Shown here one piece after another: positions 40,770 to 50,796 of a DNA stretch of 64,000 bases. A program made the translations under genes and the position numbers. The stretch is from a virus. The notes beneath the pieces are model-generated. The model had not been told where the DNA came from, ran no database searches, and saw nothing but the letters and a program-made list of their open reading frames with translations. The stretch's first letter is position 1. Each line of letters starts with the position of its first letter. Location of the stretch: IMG/VR virus record IMGVR_UViG_3300042904_000308, positions 51,173 to 115,172 of that record; one strand, 5' to 3'.

Positions 40770-43305
40770 TGACGACCAAGCCAAGAACCTATGTGGCCTC
40801 GATCACGGTCACTGAGCGTCCGACGGGTGTGTCGCAGACGTTCGACACCGAGCCGTGTGAGCTGTGGGATTTGCCCATTGTGGTCAAAAACATGCTGCGG
40901 ATGATCGAGGAAGACCCGTATCCGTTCTGTCAGGGAGAGGAGGACGAATGGTAACGACTGCCACCGTTTCACGCACACGCCTGCTCAGCAGCCTGCGGCG
41001 AGGCGAGTTTGCCGAGTGGGACGCGAACGAGCTGCTGGCCGAGATTGTGATCGCGGAACACTTCGGTGACGCCGAGCGGCTCGCGTTCCTGAACGCCGAG
41101 CTCGATTACCGCGCCACGCGCCTGACGCGCAAGGCCTACGTGAGCAAGCTGGAGAGGGAAGACGCATGACGCTGACCTACAACGACGACGATCCCGAGGG
41201 GCGGGTGTGGGTGCCGCTACACATTTCCGATGAGGAGCCTCACTGGGAGCTGAGCGACGAGACGACGCTACAGGCGCTGGTGTTCGAAGAGGCAGACCTC
41301 GACGAGTCAGATGACAGCATGTACAAGGCGTATGTGTCTGCAGACGGAGATGTTGAGCTGTATATGACGGATTACCCCGACCATGCTGACGCTAAGGTAG
41401 AGAGACTCTGGATCGACGACATCGATCTGATGATCGAGCGCCTACAGGAGCTGAAGGCTCTGGCGTTCGCGCACTTCGGAAGGGAGTGGTCGAGCTGATG
41501 ATCGTTCTCAAAGAACCCGTTCCGCTCGACCAGTGGAGTACCAGGCATCGCTGCCTTGGGTGTGAGGCGGTTGTCTCGCTGTCAGTTGGAGATTTCGACT
41601 ACGCTCGCACGACCCATCTCACCGTGACGCATTACTTCCCGACGACATACTCCAACTTCGTGCGTTGGGAATGCGGATTCTGCGGGACCATCTCCAAAGT
41701 CCTCATTCCCACTAATTTGGTCAGCCAGATCGCTGGCCGACGTATCCCGATGAAGCCGTGCCCGACCTGTCACGGCGGCAGGAAGCAGCGGGGCCGCTGG
41801 GATCGCTTCACGCACTGGCTGCGGTACGGCGAGTGCATCGAGTGTGAGGGAGAGGGATGGGTACTGGCAACCTGACAACCAAGAGCCTGGGCCTCTATCA
41901 CCGCCGCTGGGTGGAGGAGTGGTGCGTCATGTGCGGCTCGCCATTCATCACGCCTGTGATCCAGCACATCGAGGGGCTCGGGGATACACGCACGGGGTTC
42001 TGCTGCTGCGAGTGCGGCTATGACTCGACCAACCCGCCACAGAGTCTGGTCATCCGCATGTACTACGAGCAGACCTATCCCGAGCATGTCGACCGCGTTT
42101 TTCCGTTCGCGAGTATTAGTGAGGCGACAGGACGTGTCTGATTACACATTTACCTATCCGAGCTCATCGACCAGGCAGGTGATCGAGCTTGATCTGCGGC
42201 TGGACTCATTCTGGAAGCACAGGGGCAGGAACCCAGCGTATATCGTGATGAGCCATGACCGCTACACAGAATTCGAGCGTCAGTTGTGCGAGACGCATCG
42301 ACGGGTGAACCGCAAACGGGATGAAGAACCTGGGCCTCCCATGTACTGCGATATTCGCATCCTTGTTGACGACGCCAGCTCTGGCGAGATGTTTCTTATA
42401 CCGTAAGAGGAGAGATATGACACCATCGGTTGGAAGAATTGTTCATTACACGAATTTGGGATCAGTGGACGACGACGGCAACATGATCTACCCGCCAACG
42501 CAGCAGGCGGCGATCATTACCGAGGTCAACGAGACGGACGGCATATGCGACGGCACCGTGGCGCTGCACGTGTTCTACACGACGGGCCAGTTTGACATGC
42601 CGAGCGTGCCGTTCTCCGAGACGTACAAGCGCGGCCACTGGTCGTGGCCCCCGAGGGTTTAGCTGTGGCAATTCCCGTTAGTGAGTTGACATTTCCGCCG
42701 TCCGTGATGACCAAAGCAGCGGAAACCTACTACCAGAATCTGATCACCGTCCATTTCACGGAAGTGCTGGATCGGGTTGGCAACCAGTTTGACGAGGCGA
42801 TGGAATCCGATCTGGTGATGTCGGATGATCCCGCAGTGGCCCAGTCCGCGTTCTTTCGGGTGTCCTTCCTCGCTGAGCTGTTTCACGCCTACGAGCGGAT
42901 GTATGTCGAGATGACCGATGCCATGAAGCGACACGTTGCGGAGAACCGCATGCTGGAAGACCTGTGCCCGTGGTGTGCCTCCCCTGAGATGTTATGGGCT
43001 GACACGCAGGAGGGCGAAGCGGCGTACCCTGGCAGTCGCTGTCGTTCCTGCGGCTGGGACTCCGACTGCGACATGAGTCCAGGGAAGGTGAAATTGTGAT
43101 CAACATTTGGGACACGTCTGTTGGCGGATACGATGACTTGAACGCGCTCTGCGCGAAGGCGTGGAGTGACAGCTATCCGTTAGGAATTGGAGGTAAGTAC
43201 TGGCGAGAGCTTACGGAGCGCGAGCAGCAAGGGTACATGGCATTCGCGCAGTCGGTGATGGAAAAGTACTACGCCGAGCTGCAAAAAGAACCGAGCCTTA
43301 GATGA
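40769..43305 (+). other. cluster of small hypothetical CDSs (several with Zn ribbons; 42417-42662 is a conserved MTPSVGRIVHY...WSWPPRV type)
   Basis: Overlapping plus-strand ORFs with RBSs. Confidence 0.55.
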
Positions 43306-43793
43306 TCAACATCCGCATCGACCAGTTTCCATCGACCGTGGGCATCATCGGCTCTCGCGAGTTCCCGAAGCTGGGCTGGGTGCGGCGATTTGTTGACCAG
43401 CTCAACGAGGGCACTCGCGTGGTCAGCGGCGGGGCCAGGGGCGTCGATATCACGGCCACCAATCACGCCGAGGATCGCGGTCTGGAGACAATGATCTACT
43501 GGCCCGACAAAAAGCTGCCTGTGCCAGCTCGCTTCTTCGAACGCAATACGAAGATCGTGATGGACGTCAAGAAGGCTGGTGGGCTGCTGGTGGCGTTCGA
43601 GCTCTGGCCCCGCAAGACGGGCGGCACCAAGGACTCCCTGACGAAGTGTGACAAGTACGACATTCCGTACATCCACTTTCGCATGGATCACGAGGGCCAG
43701 TGGCTCGACACCTGGGTTGGCCGCGCAGTAGTGCTTCACGAGAAGTGGAGAACGTTAGTGTTTGAGGACGACAGCTTTGGAACGCTTAGTTAG
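43302..43793 (+). CDS. SLOG-superfamily (DprA/YspA-like) nucleotide-binding protein
   Basis: GIIGSR, VVSGGARGVD, RN and GGT motifs. Confidence 0.7.
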   Translation: MINIRIDQFPSTVGIIGSREFPKLGWVRRFVDQLNEGTRVVSGGARGVDITATNHAEDRGLETMIYWPDKKLPVPARFFERNTKIVMDVKKAGGLLVAFELWPRKTGGTKDSLTKCDKYDIPYIHFRMDHEGQWLDTWVGRAVVLHEKWRTLVFEDDSFGTLS

Positions 43794-44074
43794 CACGGTG
43801 AGCTAATGGGATATGTCACATCGATCAGCCGAGTCGAGGAGATGCTGTCGAGAACCGATATCGATGGCCGCTGGGTTGGCATGGACGTCAGGGGAGAAGA
43901 GATTCAGTTCCACGCATCTGATGACCTGGGCCACACCGAAGCCTGGGTGGTTGTCGCCGCTCATGTGCTGGAGAGGCTCAGCGACGAGGCGCTGATCAAT
44001 TTCCTCTTCGATGAGCTCGCGACTGCCCTGCAGGAATCCGTGAACATGGGGGGAAGGACGGTGTATATCGCGCA

Positions 44075-44674
44075 GTGAAAACGTGTACGAAATGCGGGGT
44101 CGAGAAATCGCTCGATGATTTCTACAAACACCCGAGAACGAAAGATGGCAAGCAATCGAACTGCAAGCAGTGTATGACTCAGGCAGCACGTCAGATAAAA
44201 TCGACGTCCAGAACGGTCAGGCCATTCACGAACAAGCGCTGCAAAGCCTGTGGCGTTCGCAAGCCGCTCGCACAATTTGATGACAACCTTTACACCACGG
44301 ACAGGCATGACTATGTCTGTCTTTCATGCAAGGGACCAGCACCAGCTCGCACCCCGAAGGTCGATCTGAACTCCGAGTGTTCTCTTACGCTTTTGTGGGA
44401 TTGCTATCTTGGGGAAATGCGGTGTGCTCAGTGTGGAAGGCAGCTGCCTGCTGTGATCCGTCAAGAGTTGCGAGGGAAACTGTCACCTGACATGTCAGGC
44501 GCGGTCGAGCTGATCGAGTCTGTCAAGCGGTTCGATTTTGAATGTTCGGGGTGTAGACGTAGGCGCGGTCGAGCTGATCGAAATCTTCATGACATGGAAG
44601 AACGTAAGCAGCGTGCCGCCTCCAGAGCGATAGGTACGTGGCTCATGCGGCTGTCTGAGGCGTGTTGCGACTGA
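44075..44674 (+). CDS. multi Zn-finger protein
   Basis: Repeated KxCxxC...F...CxxC units. Confidence 0.6.
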   Translation: MKTCTKCGVEKSLDDFYKHPRTKDGKQSNCKQCMTQAARQIKSTSRTVRPFTNKRCKACGVRKPLAQFDDNLYTTDRHDYVCLSCKGPAPARTPKVDLNSECSLTLLWDCYLGEMRCAQCGRQLPAVIRQELRGKLSPDMSGAVELIESVKRFDFECSGCRRRRGRADRNLHDMEERKQRAASRAIGTWLMRLSEACCD

Positions 44675-44820
44675 TTTTCTCCTTTTTAACTGATCAAACG
44701 TATTATATCAAAGTAGAAGGGTAAACCAACCTACCAACAGAAGCGTGCGTTCGGAAGGGAAACGAGCCTCTCGGTCGGAAGGCGGCACGTCGATTCTGCT
44801 GACCATTATTTGAATCAGAT

Positions 44821-44868
44821 ACCCCCTGGTACCGAAGCTCGACCGAGCTTGTCGACCAGGGGGTTTTG
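44821..44868 (+). terminator. intrinsic terminator-like hairpin
   Basis: ACCCCCTGGT...ACCAGGGGGT followed by TTT. Confidence 0.55.
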
Positions 44869-44885
44869 ATCTTCATGAGGACTAC

Positions 44886-45341
44886 ATGACATACGACTCT
44901 CGGGCCGATACACAGGCCCATATTGATCGCGTGAAGTACATCCTTTACGGTATCGTCGACGAGGTCATCGAACGCGCTCGCGTGCATGACGCCTCGAAGC
45001 TGGAGTCTCCCGAGAAGGAGCTCTTCGACGAGATGACGCCAATGCTGGCGCAGCTCGACTACGGCACACCCGAGTATTACGCCGCGCTGCAGAAGCTCAA
45101 GCCTGCCCTTGACCACCACTATGCGGCCAACGATCATCATCCCGAGCATCACGAATACGGGATCAACAGCATGGACCTGATCCAGCTGCTGGAGATGATC
45201 GTCGACTGGAAAGCCGCCTCGGAGCGGCACGAGTCGGGCAACATCATGAACAGTATTGAACACAACCAGAAGCGGTTCGCGATCAGCGATCAGCTCGCGC
45301 AGATCATACGAAACACCGCGTATCGTCTCTGGTCTTATTAA
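44886..45341 (+). CDS. DUF5662 (HD-like) protein
   Basis: HDASK, HHYAANDHHPEHH and EMIVDW. Confidence 0.75.
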   Translation: MTYDSRADTQAHIDRVKYILYGIVDEVIERARVHDASKLESPEKELFDEMTPMLAQLDYGTPEYYAALQKLKPALDHHYAANDHHPEHHEYGINSMDLIQLLEMIVDWKAASERHESGNIMNSIEHNQKRFAISDQLAQIIRNTAYRLWSY

Positions 45342-45359
45342 GACTCAAATTTATGTGAT

Positions 45360-45394
45360 AGCCCTCGCGCCTTCGGGTGCCGAGGGCTTTTTTT
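45360..45394 (+). terminator. intrinsic terminator
   Basis: GCCCTCG-CGCCTTCGGGTGC-CGAGGGC followed by T7. Confidence 0.85.
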
Positions 45395-45648
45395 ATTGCC
45401 CTCTCCAGGTGACATGATGTCATTCTCCAAACACATCGATGAGCAAGCCTGCCTGCTCGAAGACGTCTTTCAACAACCACTTCAACGCAAGCAGATTATC
45501 GATGACCTCCTCTACGCCCTCGAACACGCCGAGCCCGACGACTGGGATCGCGACCGCAGGGCACGGTTCAGGCACCTCAAACACACCCTGAGCCTCCTCA
45601 AACACCACACCAACCAATTCCACACCTAATCACGAAGGGAGAAGGCAC

Positions 45649-45702
45649 ATGGACTGTCCGTGCAACGGTCAGTGTGATGGCTCTTGCTGCTGCGGCCAGT
45701 AA
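45649..45702 (+). CDS. 17-aa Cys-rich micropeptide
   Basis: MDCPCNGQCDGSCCCGQ*, with a GGAG RBS. Its TAA overlaps the ATG of the HNH gene. Confidence 0.45.
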   Translation: MDCPCNGQCDGSCCCGQ

Positions 45703-45965
45703 TGGCAAAGACCGACGTCGAACGACGAGCGGAGATTCGGCAGTGGTTTCACGAACTCAAGGCGGAGCTCTCCTGTGAGGAGTGCGGCATCAGCCATCCC
45801 GCCGTCATCGAGTTCCACCACCGCGATCCCGCCACCAAGCGACACAACGTCTCGCAGATGGTGAACCAGACCCTCAACACCCAGGCAATCAAACGGGAAA
45901 TAGCGAAGTGCGCCGTCCTGTGCGCGAACTGTCACAAAATGTTTCATTTTTATAATAAGGAGTAA
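45702..45965 (+). CDS. HNH endonuclease
   Basis: CEECG...EFHHRDP...KCAVLCANCH. Confidence 0.85.
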   Translation: MAKTDVERRAEIRQWFHELKAELSCEECGISHPAVIEFHHRDPATKRHNVSQMVNQTLNTQAIKREIAKCAVLCANCHKMFHFYNKE

Positions 45966-45970
45966 TAATC

Positions 45971-46381
45971 ATGGCGAATAATCTTTCAGACTACTTAGAG
46001 AACGAGCTGCTCGACCACGTGACGGGCAAGACCGCGTACACGATGCCAACGCCGTATCTGGCGCTGTTTACCACGCTTCCAGGCGAAGACGGCACGGGCG
46101 GAGTCGAGGTTTCGACGTCGGGTACCGCGTATGCGCGACAGGCGTGCTCAGGCGCGACGTGGAACGCGGCTTCGGGCGGTTCCATCTCGACGGCTTCCGA
46201 TGTGACCTTCCCCGCTGCGACGGCGTCCTGGGGAACGATTGTCGGTGTTGGTTTGTATGACGGCGATGTCGAGGGTGCTGGCAACCTGCTCTGGTACGGC
46301 ACGGTCGGTACGTCGAAGACGATTGATAGCGGCGATACCGCGAAAGTCTCCGCTGGGGATTTGACGCTGAGCCTCAACTAA
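45971..46381 (+). CDS. virion structural protein (fibre/spike-associated)
   Basis: SDYLENELLDH...YLALFT...YARQ...FPAATASWGTI...GNLLWYG, a widespread phage structural family. Confidence 0.65.
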   Translation: MANNLSDYLENELLDHVTGKTAYTMPTPYLALFTTLPGEDGTGGVEVSTSGTAYARQACSGATWNAASGGSISTASDVTFPAATASWGTIVGVGLYDGDVEGAGNLLWYGTVGTSKTIDSGDTAKVSAGDLTLSLN

Positions 46382-46393
46382 TAGGAGCGCAGC

Positions 46394-47011
46394 ATGGCAC
46401 GACAATCAAACGCCACTGATTTCTTTGGTGTGCGGTATGGACGAGCCGATGCCATGTACGACGAGTATCAGGAATACCCGTTCTTTGCGCAGCGAGCTCA
46501 GCACATTGCGACGAATTATCCAAATGTTGGGAAGGTGTGCGTGGCTGCGTGCGGCCCGTACGCCTACCTCGTCAAGCATCTCGTCGTCACCCACGGCATT
46601 GATGCGTATGGGTTTGACTGGTGTAACAAGACGCCGTTTGGTGAAACGATCACCCTCGATCCCGCGATTGCGAATCGGGTGCTGCTTGATGTTGACGTGA
46701 GTAACAACAGCGACGTCACTCGGATCAAAGGCCGAGATTACGCGGACCTGAAAGGGAACGCCAAGTTTGGGCTTGTGGTGACGGAAGACCTTCTTCCCTG
46801 CACGACGGACAGTGAGGCGCAGTTCCTTGCAGGCTATCTGTCGAGTCAGGGCACTAACGTCTTGCATATCATCACTTGCGGCCAGCCAACTGACGCACAT
46901 CGTGATCCAACGCTGAACTGGAAAACGCAGGCCGAGTGGCGAGCGCTGCTGAACGCCAATGGCGGCTCTGCGCATGCCTGCCTCGATGCGGAGACGCAGG
47001 GGGTGTTCTAA
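46394..47011 (+). CDS. class I SAM-methyltransferase-like protein
   Basis: Degenerate motif I (VCVAACGPY), AYGFD and LVVTEDLL. Confidence 0.45.
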   Translation: MARQSNATDFFGVRYGRADAMYDEYQEYPFFAQRAQHIATNYPNVGKVCVAACGPYAYLVKHLVVTHGIDAYGFDWCNKTPFGETITLDPAIANRVLLDVDVSNNSDVTRIKGRDYADLKGNAKFGLVVTEDLLPCTTDSEAQFLAGYLSSQGTNVLHIITCGQPTDAHRDPTLNWKTQAEWRALLNANGGSAHACLDAETQGVF

Positions 47012-50000
47012 TGCCACTTCCCGCAACAGTCAATTCGGGACTGAGTTATGCTCCGTGGCGTTCGGCGGAAGTCGGGCCATACGAGTACAACGGTAATCTG
47101 TACGGTGTGTTCCTTGACGCAACAAATACGCATATCGAGGTCTGGAAGTCGAGCGATGGTGGTGAGACATGGACAGAGCAGCATGCGGCAGGCAAGCCAA
47201 CAGCCAACACATCTCAGCGCAACTACGGTGTAGCGTACGATCAAACAAATGATCGTCTCTGGATTGCGTACGACGCTGGTGACACCCGCTGGAGAATGCG
47301 ACCGTTCAACCTCTCCACGGATACCTGGGGATCGGATACGTCATCGAGCCCTACCAACCCCAACTCAGCGGGACTGACTATTTCAGGGGTTCGGGAACAA
47401 GCGCCTGTCATGATGCGAGCACGCTCGGACGGCACAGTCGTCATGCTCCTTCAGTCAACAGGCGAGCGGATCATGGGCACGACATATCGTCGGGCTGATT
47501 ATGCGATCTACACGCCGTCGTTGAACACATGGACTACACAGGCGGCTGTAGCGGGGTCAGGCGCGGAAGTTCACTACGATGCTCGCGCCCTTGCCCTTGA
47601 TGCTGCGAATCGCGTGTATTTCTTCTACACAAGAAGCGACACGGCTGATTTATACTGCAAGACGTTGACGAGTGGAAATACCCTCGGCAGCGAAACGTTG
47701 TTGGACGCCAGCACTGGAAGCGGTGCGAACAATTACACCGCTGGACACGCTGTCGTCATCGATGACACGACCGATAAGGTGGTTGTTCCCTACGTCCAAG
47801 CGGGATTAGAACTTCAGCTTGCGTACGCAGATGTTGCAGATACTCCGTCTTGGTCCCAAGTACAGGTGTCGGCAGGGGGAACACTTGGTAATCCTGGGTA
47901 TCCCGACTATACCAACAGCAATCCAGCTAGCGTCGCTGTGGACGGTACAACCCTGCACGTTCTCTGGCCGCAAGCATCAGATTCCGACCTGTATTACGAT
48001 ACAGGTACTCTAAGTGGTGGCTTCGGCACCGATACCGAAATCTTGGATGCTGCCACGATTCAGGGCGTTTCCGCGAACTGGGTGAACATCGGCAGCGGCG
48101 GAGTCGGGTTTTTCTACAACAACGGCGGGACGGTCTATTACAATGGGCCTGCGGCGTCTGCACCCGCTGTAACGCTGGATGCCGTGTTGAGTGGCACAGG
48201 TACGCTGGCCGCGTCGTCTGACGCCGTTCGCGGCTATCTGGCCTCCCTCTCCGCTGAAGGCACGCTGTCAGCCTCGATCCTCGCGATGGCAACCCGCCTG
48301 CTGGCGGCTTCGCTCTCAGGGACGGGCGATATCACCGCTCAAACAGACATTCTGCGGTCAATCCTCCCCGACGCACTGTCGGGCGAGGGACAGCTTTTCT
48401 CCGAAGTGCTTGTTACGATTCCGCTCGATGCCATACTGGACGGTACGGGCACGCTCTCGGCTGACGCCTTGCGCACCCGAGGCCTGCTTTCCGCACTCGA
48501 CGGCAACGGCACGCTGGCCTCCACCCTCGGTCTGCTCTTTGAGCTGTCGAGTGCGATGGATGGGCAGGGCACGCTCGCTGGCGTGCTGGACCGAACCCTG
48601 GGCCTCACATCCACGCTTGATGCCACAGGCACCCTTGCAGGGGCTACCGCGATCACGCGGCCTGTGCAGGCGGGGCTGAGTGGCACGGCAGCGCTGGCAA
48701 GCGCCATCGAGCTTTTCAAACTCTTCGATTCCGCTTTCACAGGCGAAGGCGTGCTGGCCGCGCAACCTGTGATCACCAAGCCGTTCGACGCGGCAGTGTC
48801 CGCTGAGGGCACGCTGGTGTCTGCGGTCGATCTGGCCGCGATTCTCACCGCCGCGCTTGATGCCTCTGGCACACTGGCGGCTGAGCTGCCGATTACCTCT
48901 CCCCTGGTGGCGACACTGGACGGGACAGGCACGCTGGCCTCCGCATTCGATCTGACGGCGATCTTTGCCTCGGCGCTCGACGCCTCTGGCACACTGACGA
49001 CTGATCTGCTGCGCGGACGAGACTTTGACGCCGCACTCGACGCTTCTGGCACGCTTGCCGCCGATGCCCTGCTGACCCGAGGGTTTGCAGGCGCGTTGAG
49101 CGGTACGGGCACGCTGGCGCTCGACCAGTTCTTTGATGCTTTCCTTTTATTCTCGGCAGACCTCGACGCGAGCGGCACACTGACCGCTGATGCTGCGAAA
49201 ACGGCCATCTACGCGGCGAGCCTGGACGGTGTCGGATCGCTCGATGCGACCGCGCTGCGAGAACGCGGGATGGCGTCCGCACTCTCCGCGACTGGTGATC
49301 TGACCAGTGACGCGGCTATTCTGAAAACCTACCTCAGCGCGTTGAGCGCGGAAGGCACACTCACGTCGGCAACCGATATTGAGGCCGTGCTGACATCATC
49401 GCTCGACGCAACAGGATCGCTCACGTCAGGGCTTGACGCGACATTCGTCCTGCTGGGCGCTCTGTCGGGCACCAGCGCATTTGTCGCTGATCTGGCGGGG
49501 CAGTTTACCCAGTTCCTCGCGAGCCTTTCGGCCACGGGCGAGCTGACCGCGATGTCCTACCTGATTCGCGATCTGAGCTCCGCACAGAGCGGTACAGGCT
49601 CCCTCACGGCTCAGCCCTCGGGAACCTTTCCCCTGCTCTCGTCGCTTGCCGCCGAGGGTACTCTCGTCGCTTCACCAGCACGCGCCAGGGGCTTCCTTTC
49701 GGCGCTAACGGCTGAAGGGTCATTGACCTCGGCAACATCGCTCCTACGCCCATTTCTTGCGTCTCTGGATGCTTCAGGCACGCTGACCAGCGAACTGCTG
49801 ATTGGCGGCTTTATTGAGCTGCTGAGCGCCTTGAGTGCCGAGGGCACGCTGACGGGCGCGGTTGACGCCTCGCTCGCCCTTAACGCGGCGATGAGCGGCG
49901 AAGGCACGCTGAGCGCTGCCGCCGATATTCTGAAATCCTTCCTCAGTGCCCTCGATGCCGAGGGTACGTTGGCTACCGAGCTCTCGATTGGAGGGCTGGT

Positions 50001-50796
50001 CGATCTGATCATCACCCTGTCGGCCACGGGTACGCTCGATGCGGAAGCCGTGGCGATCTTCGCGCTCGGCTCGACGCTCGACGCCTCGGGATCGCTGGAG
50101 AGTTCCGCCAGTATTACCAGGCCGATTGGCGGATCGCTCGACGCCACAGGCACGCTCACGGCTGGCGACATGATCGCCACACGCGGCGTGCTGGCAACAC
50201 TCGACGCAACGGGCACCCTCACGGCTGAGGCCCAGCTCGGAGCGGTGCTTGCGGCGGCTCTGGACGCGCAAGGCGTCATGACGACGACCGTCGTCGCGGA
50301 CTGGCTGCTCGACGCGCAGATGAGCGGGGCAGGCGATCTGCTCTCGCAGCTGGACCGCGAGTTCGTGTTCGACTCCACTCTCTCAGGTACATCGGACGCG
50401 GTCTTCTCGCTGTTGCGGGATCGGGGCTTCAGCTCTGACCTTGACGCCGCGACTGACCTGTCGACCGATCTGTTGCGCACGGCAATGTTCACGTCCGATC
50501 TGGACGCAAACGGCACCCTGGACCTGAGCCTCGACCGTCTGCGCAGCTTTACCAGCTCGCTCGATGCTGTTAGTGCGCTGACGGCAGTTGTCGATGAAAT
50601 CTTCTTTGGAGACTCGTTCCCCTACGCTGTTCGCGTGGATGTAATCCCCGAGCTGCGAGCACTGGCGATCACGCCCGAGCTGTATGCACGCATCGTTATG
50701 CAGACGCTGCGCACACTGGATGCAACACCCGACTTGGAGAGACGTACAATCAAGAACAGCCTGCGCAGGCTCACTGATGTACTGGAGGTGTTCTAA
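47011..50796 (+). CDS. large fibre-like protein: Asp-box beta-propeller head plus long A/G/T/S repeat stalk
   Basis: WKSSDGGETW Asp-box followed by dozens of L(S/D)(A/G)xGTL repeats. Starts at a TAATG overlap. Confidence 0.7.
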   Translation: MPLPATVNSGLSYAPWRSAEVGPYEYNGNLYGVFLDATNTHIEVWKSSDGGETWTEQHAAGKPTANTSQRNYGVAYDQTNDRLWIAYDAGDTRWRMRPFNLSTDTWGSDTSSSPTNPNSAGLTISGVREQAPVMMRARSDGTVVMLLQSTGERIMGTTYRRADYAIYTPSLNTWTTQAAVAGSGAEVHYDARALALDAANRVYFFYTRSDTADLYCKTLTSGNTLGSETLLDASTGSGANNYTAGHAVVIDDTTDKVVVPYVQAGLELQLAYADVADTPSWSQVQVSAGGTLGNPGYPDYTNSNPASVAVDGTTLHVLWPQASDSDLYYDTGTLSGGFGTDTEILDAATIQGVSANWVNIGSGGVGFFYNNGGTVYYNGPAASAPAVTLDAVLSGTGTLAASSDAVRGYLASLSAEGTLSASILAMATRLLAASLSGTGDITAQTDILRSILPDALSGEGQLFSEVLVTIPLDAILDGTGTLSADALRTRGLLSALDGNGTLASTLGLLFELSSAMDGQGTLAGVLDRTLGLTSTLDATGTLAGATAITRPVQAGLSGTAALASAIELFKLFDSAFTGEGVLAAQPVITKPFDAAVSAEGTLVSAVDLAAILTAALDASGTLAAELPITSPLVATLDGTGTLASAFDLTAIFASALDASGTLTTDLLRGRDFDAALDASGTLAADALLTRGFAGALSGTGTLALDQFFDAFLLFSADLDASGTLTADAAKTAIYAASLDGVGSLDATALRERGMASALSATGDLTSDAAILKTYLSALSAEGTLTSATDIEAVLTSSLDATGSLTSGLDATFVLLGALSGTSAFVADLAGQFTQFLASLSATGELTAMSYLIRDLSSAQSGTGSLTAQPSGTFPLLSSLAAEGTLVASPARARGFLSALTAEGSLTSATSLLRPFLASLDASGTLTSELLIGGFIELLSALSAEGTLTGAVDASLALNAAMSGEGTLSAAADILKSFLSALDAEGTLATELSIGGLVDLIITLSATGTLDAEAVAIFALGSTLDASGSLESSASITRPIGGSLDATGTLTAGDMIATRGVLATLDATGTLTAEAQLGAVLAAALDAQGVMTTTVVADWLLDAQMSGAGDLLSQLDREFVFDSTLSGTSDAVFSLLRDRGFSSDLDAATDLSTDLLRTAMFTSDLDANGTLDLSLDRLRSFTSSLDAVSALTAVVDEIFFGDSFPYAVRVDVIPELRALAITPELYARIVMQTLRTLDATPDLERRTIKNSLRRLTDVLEVF

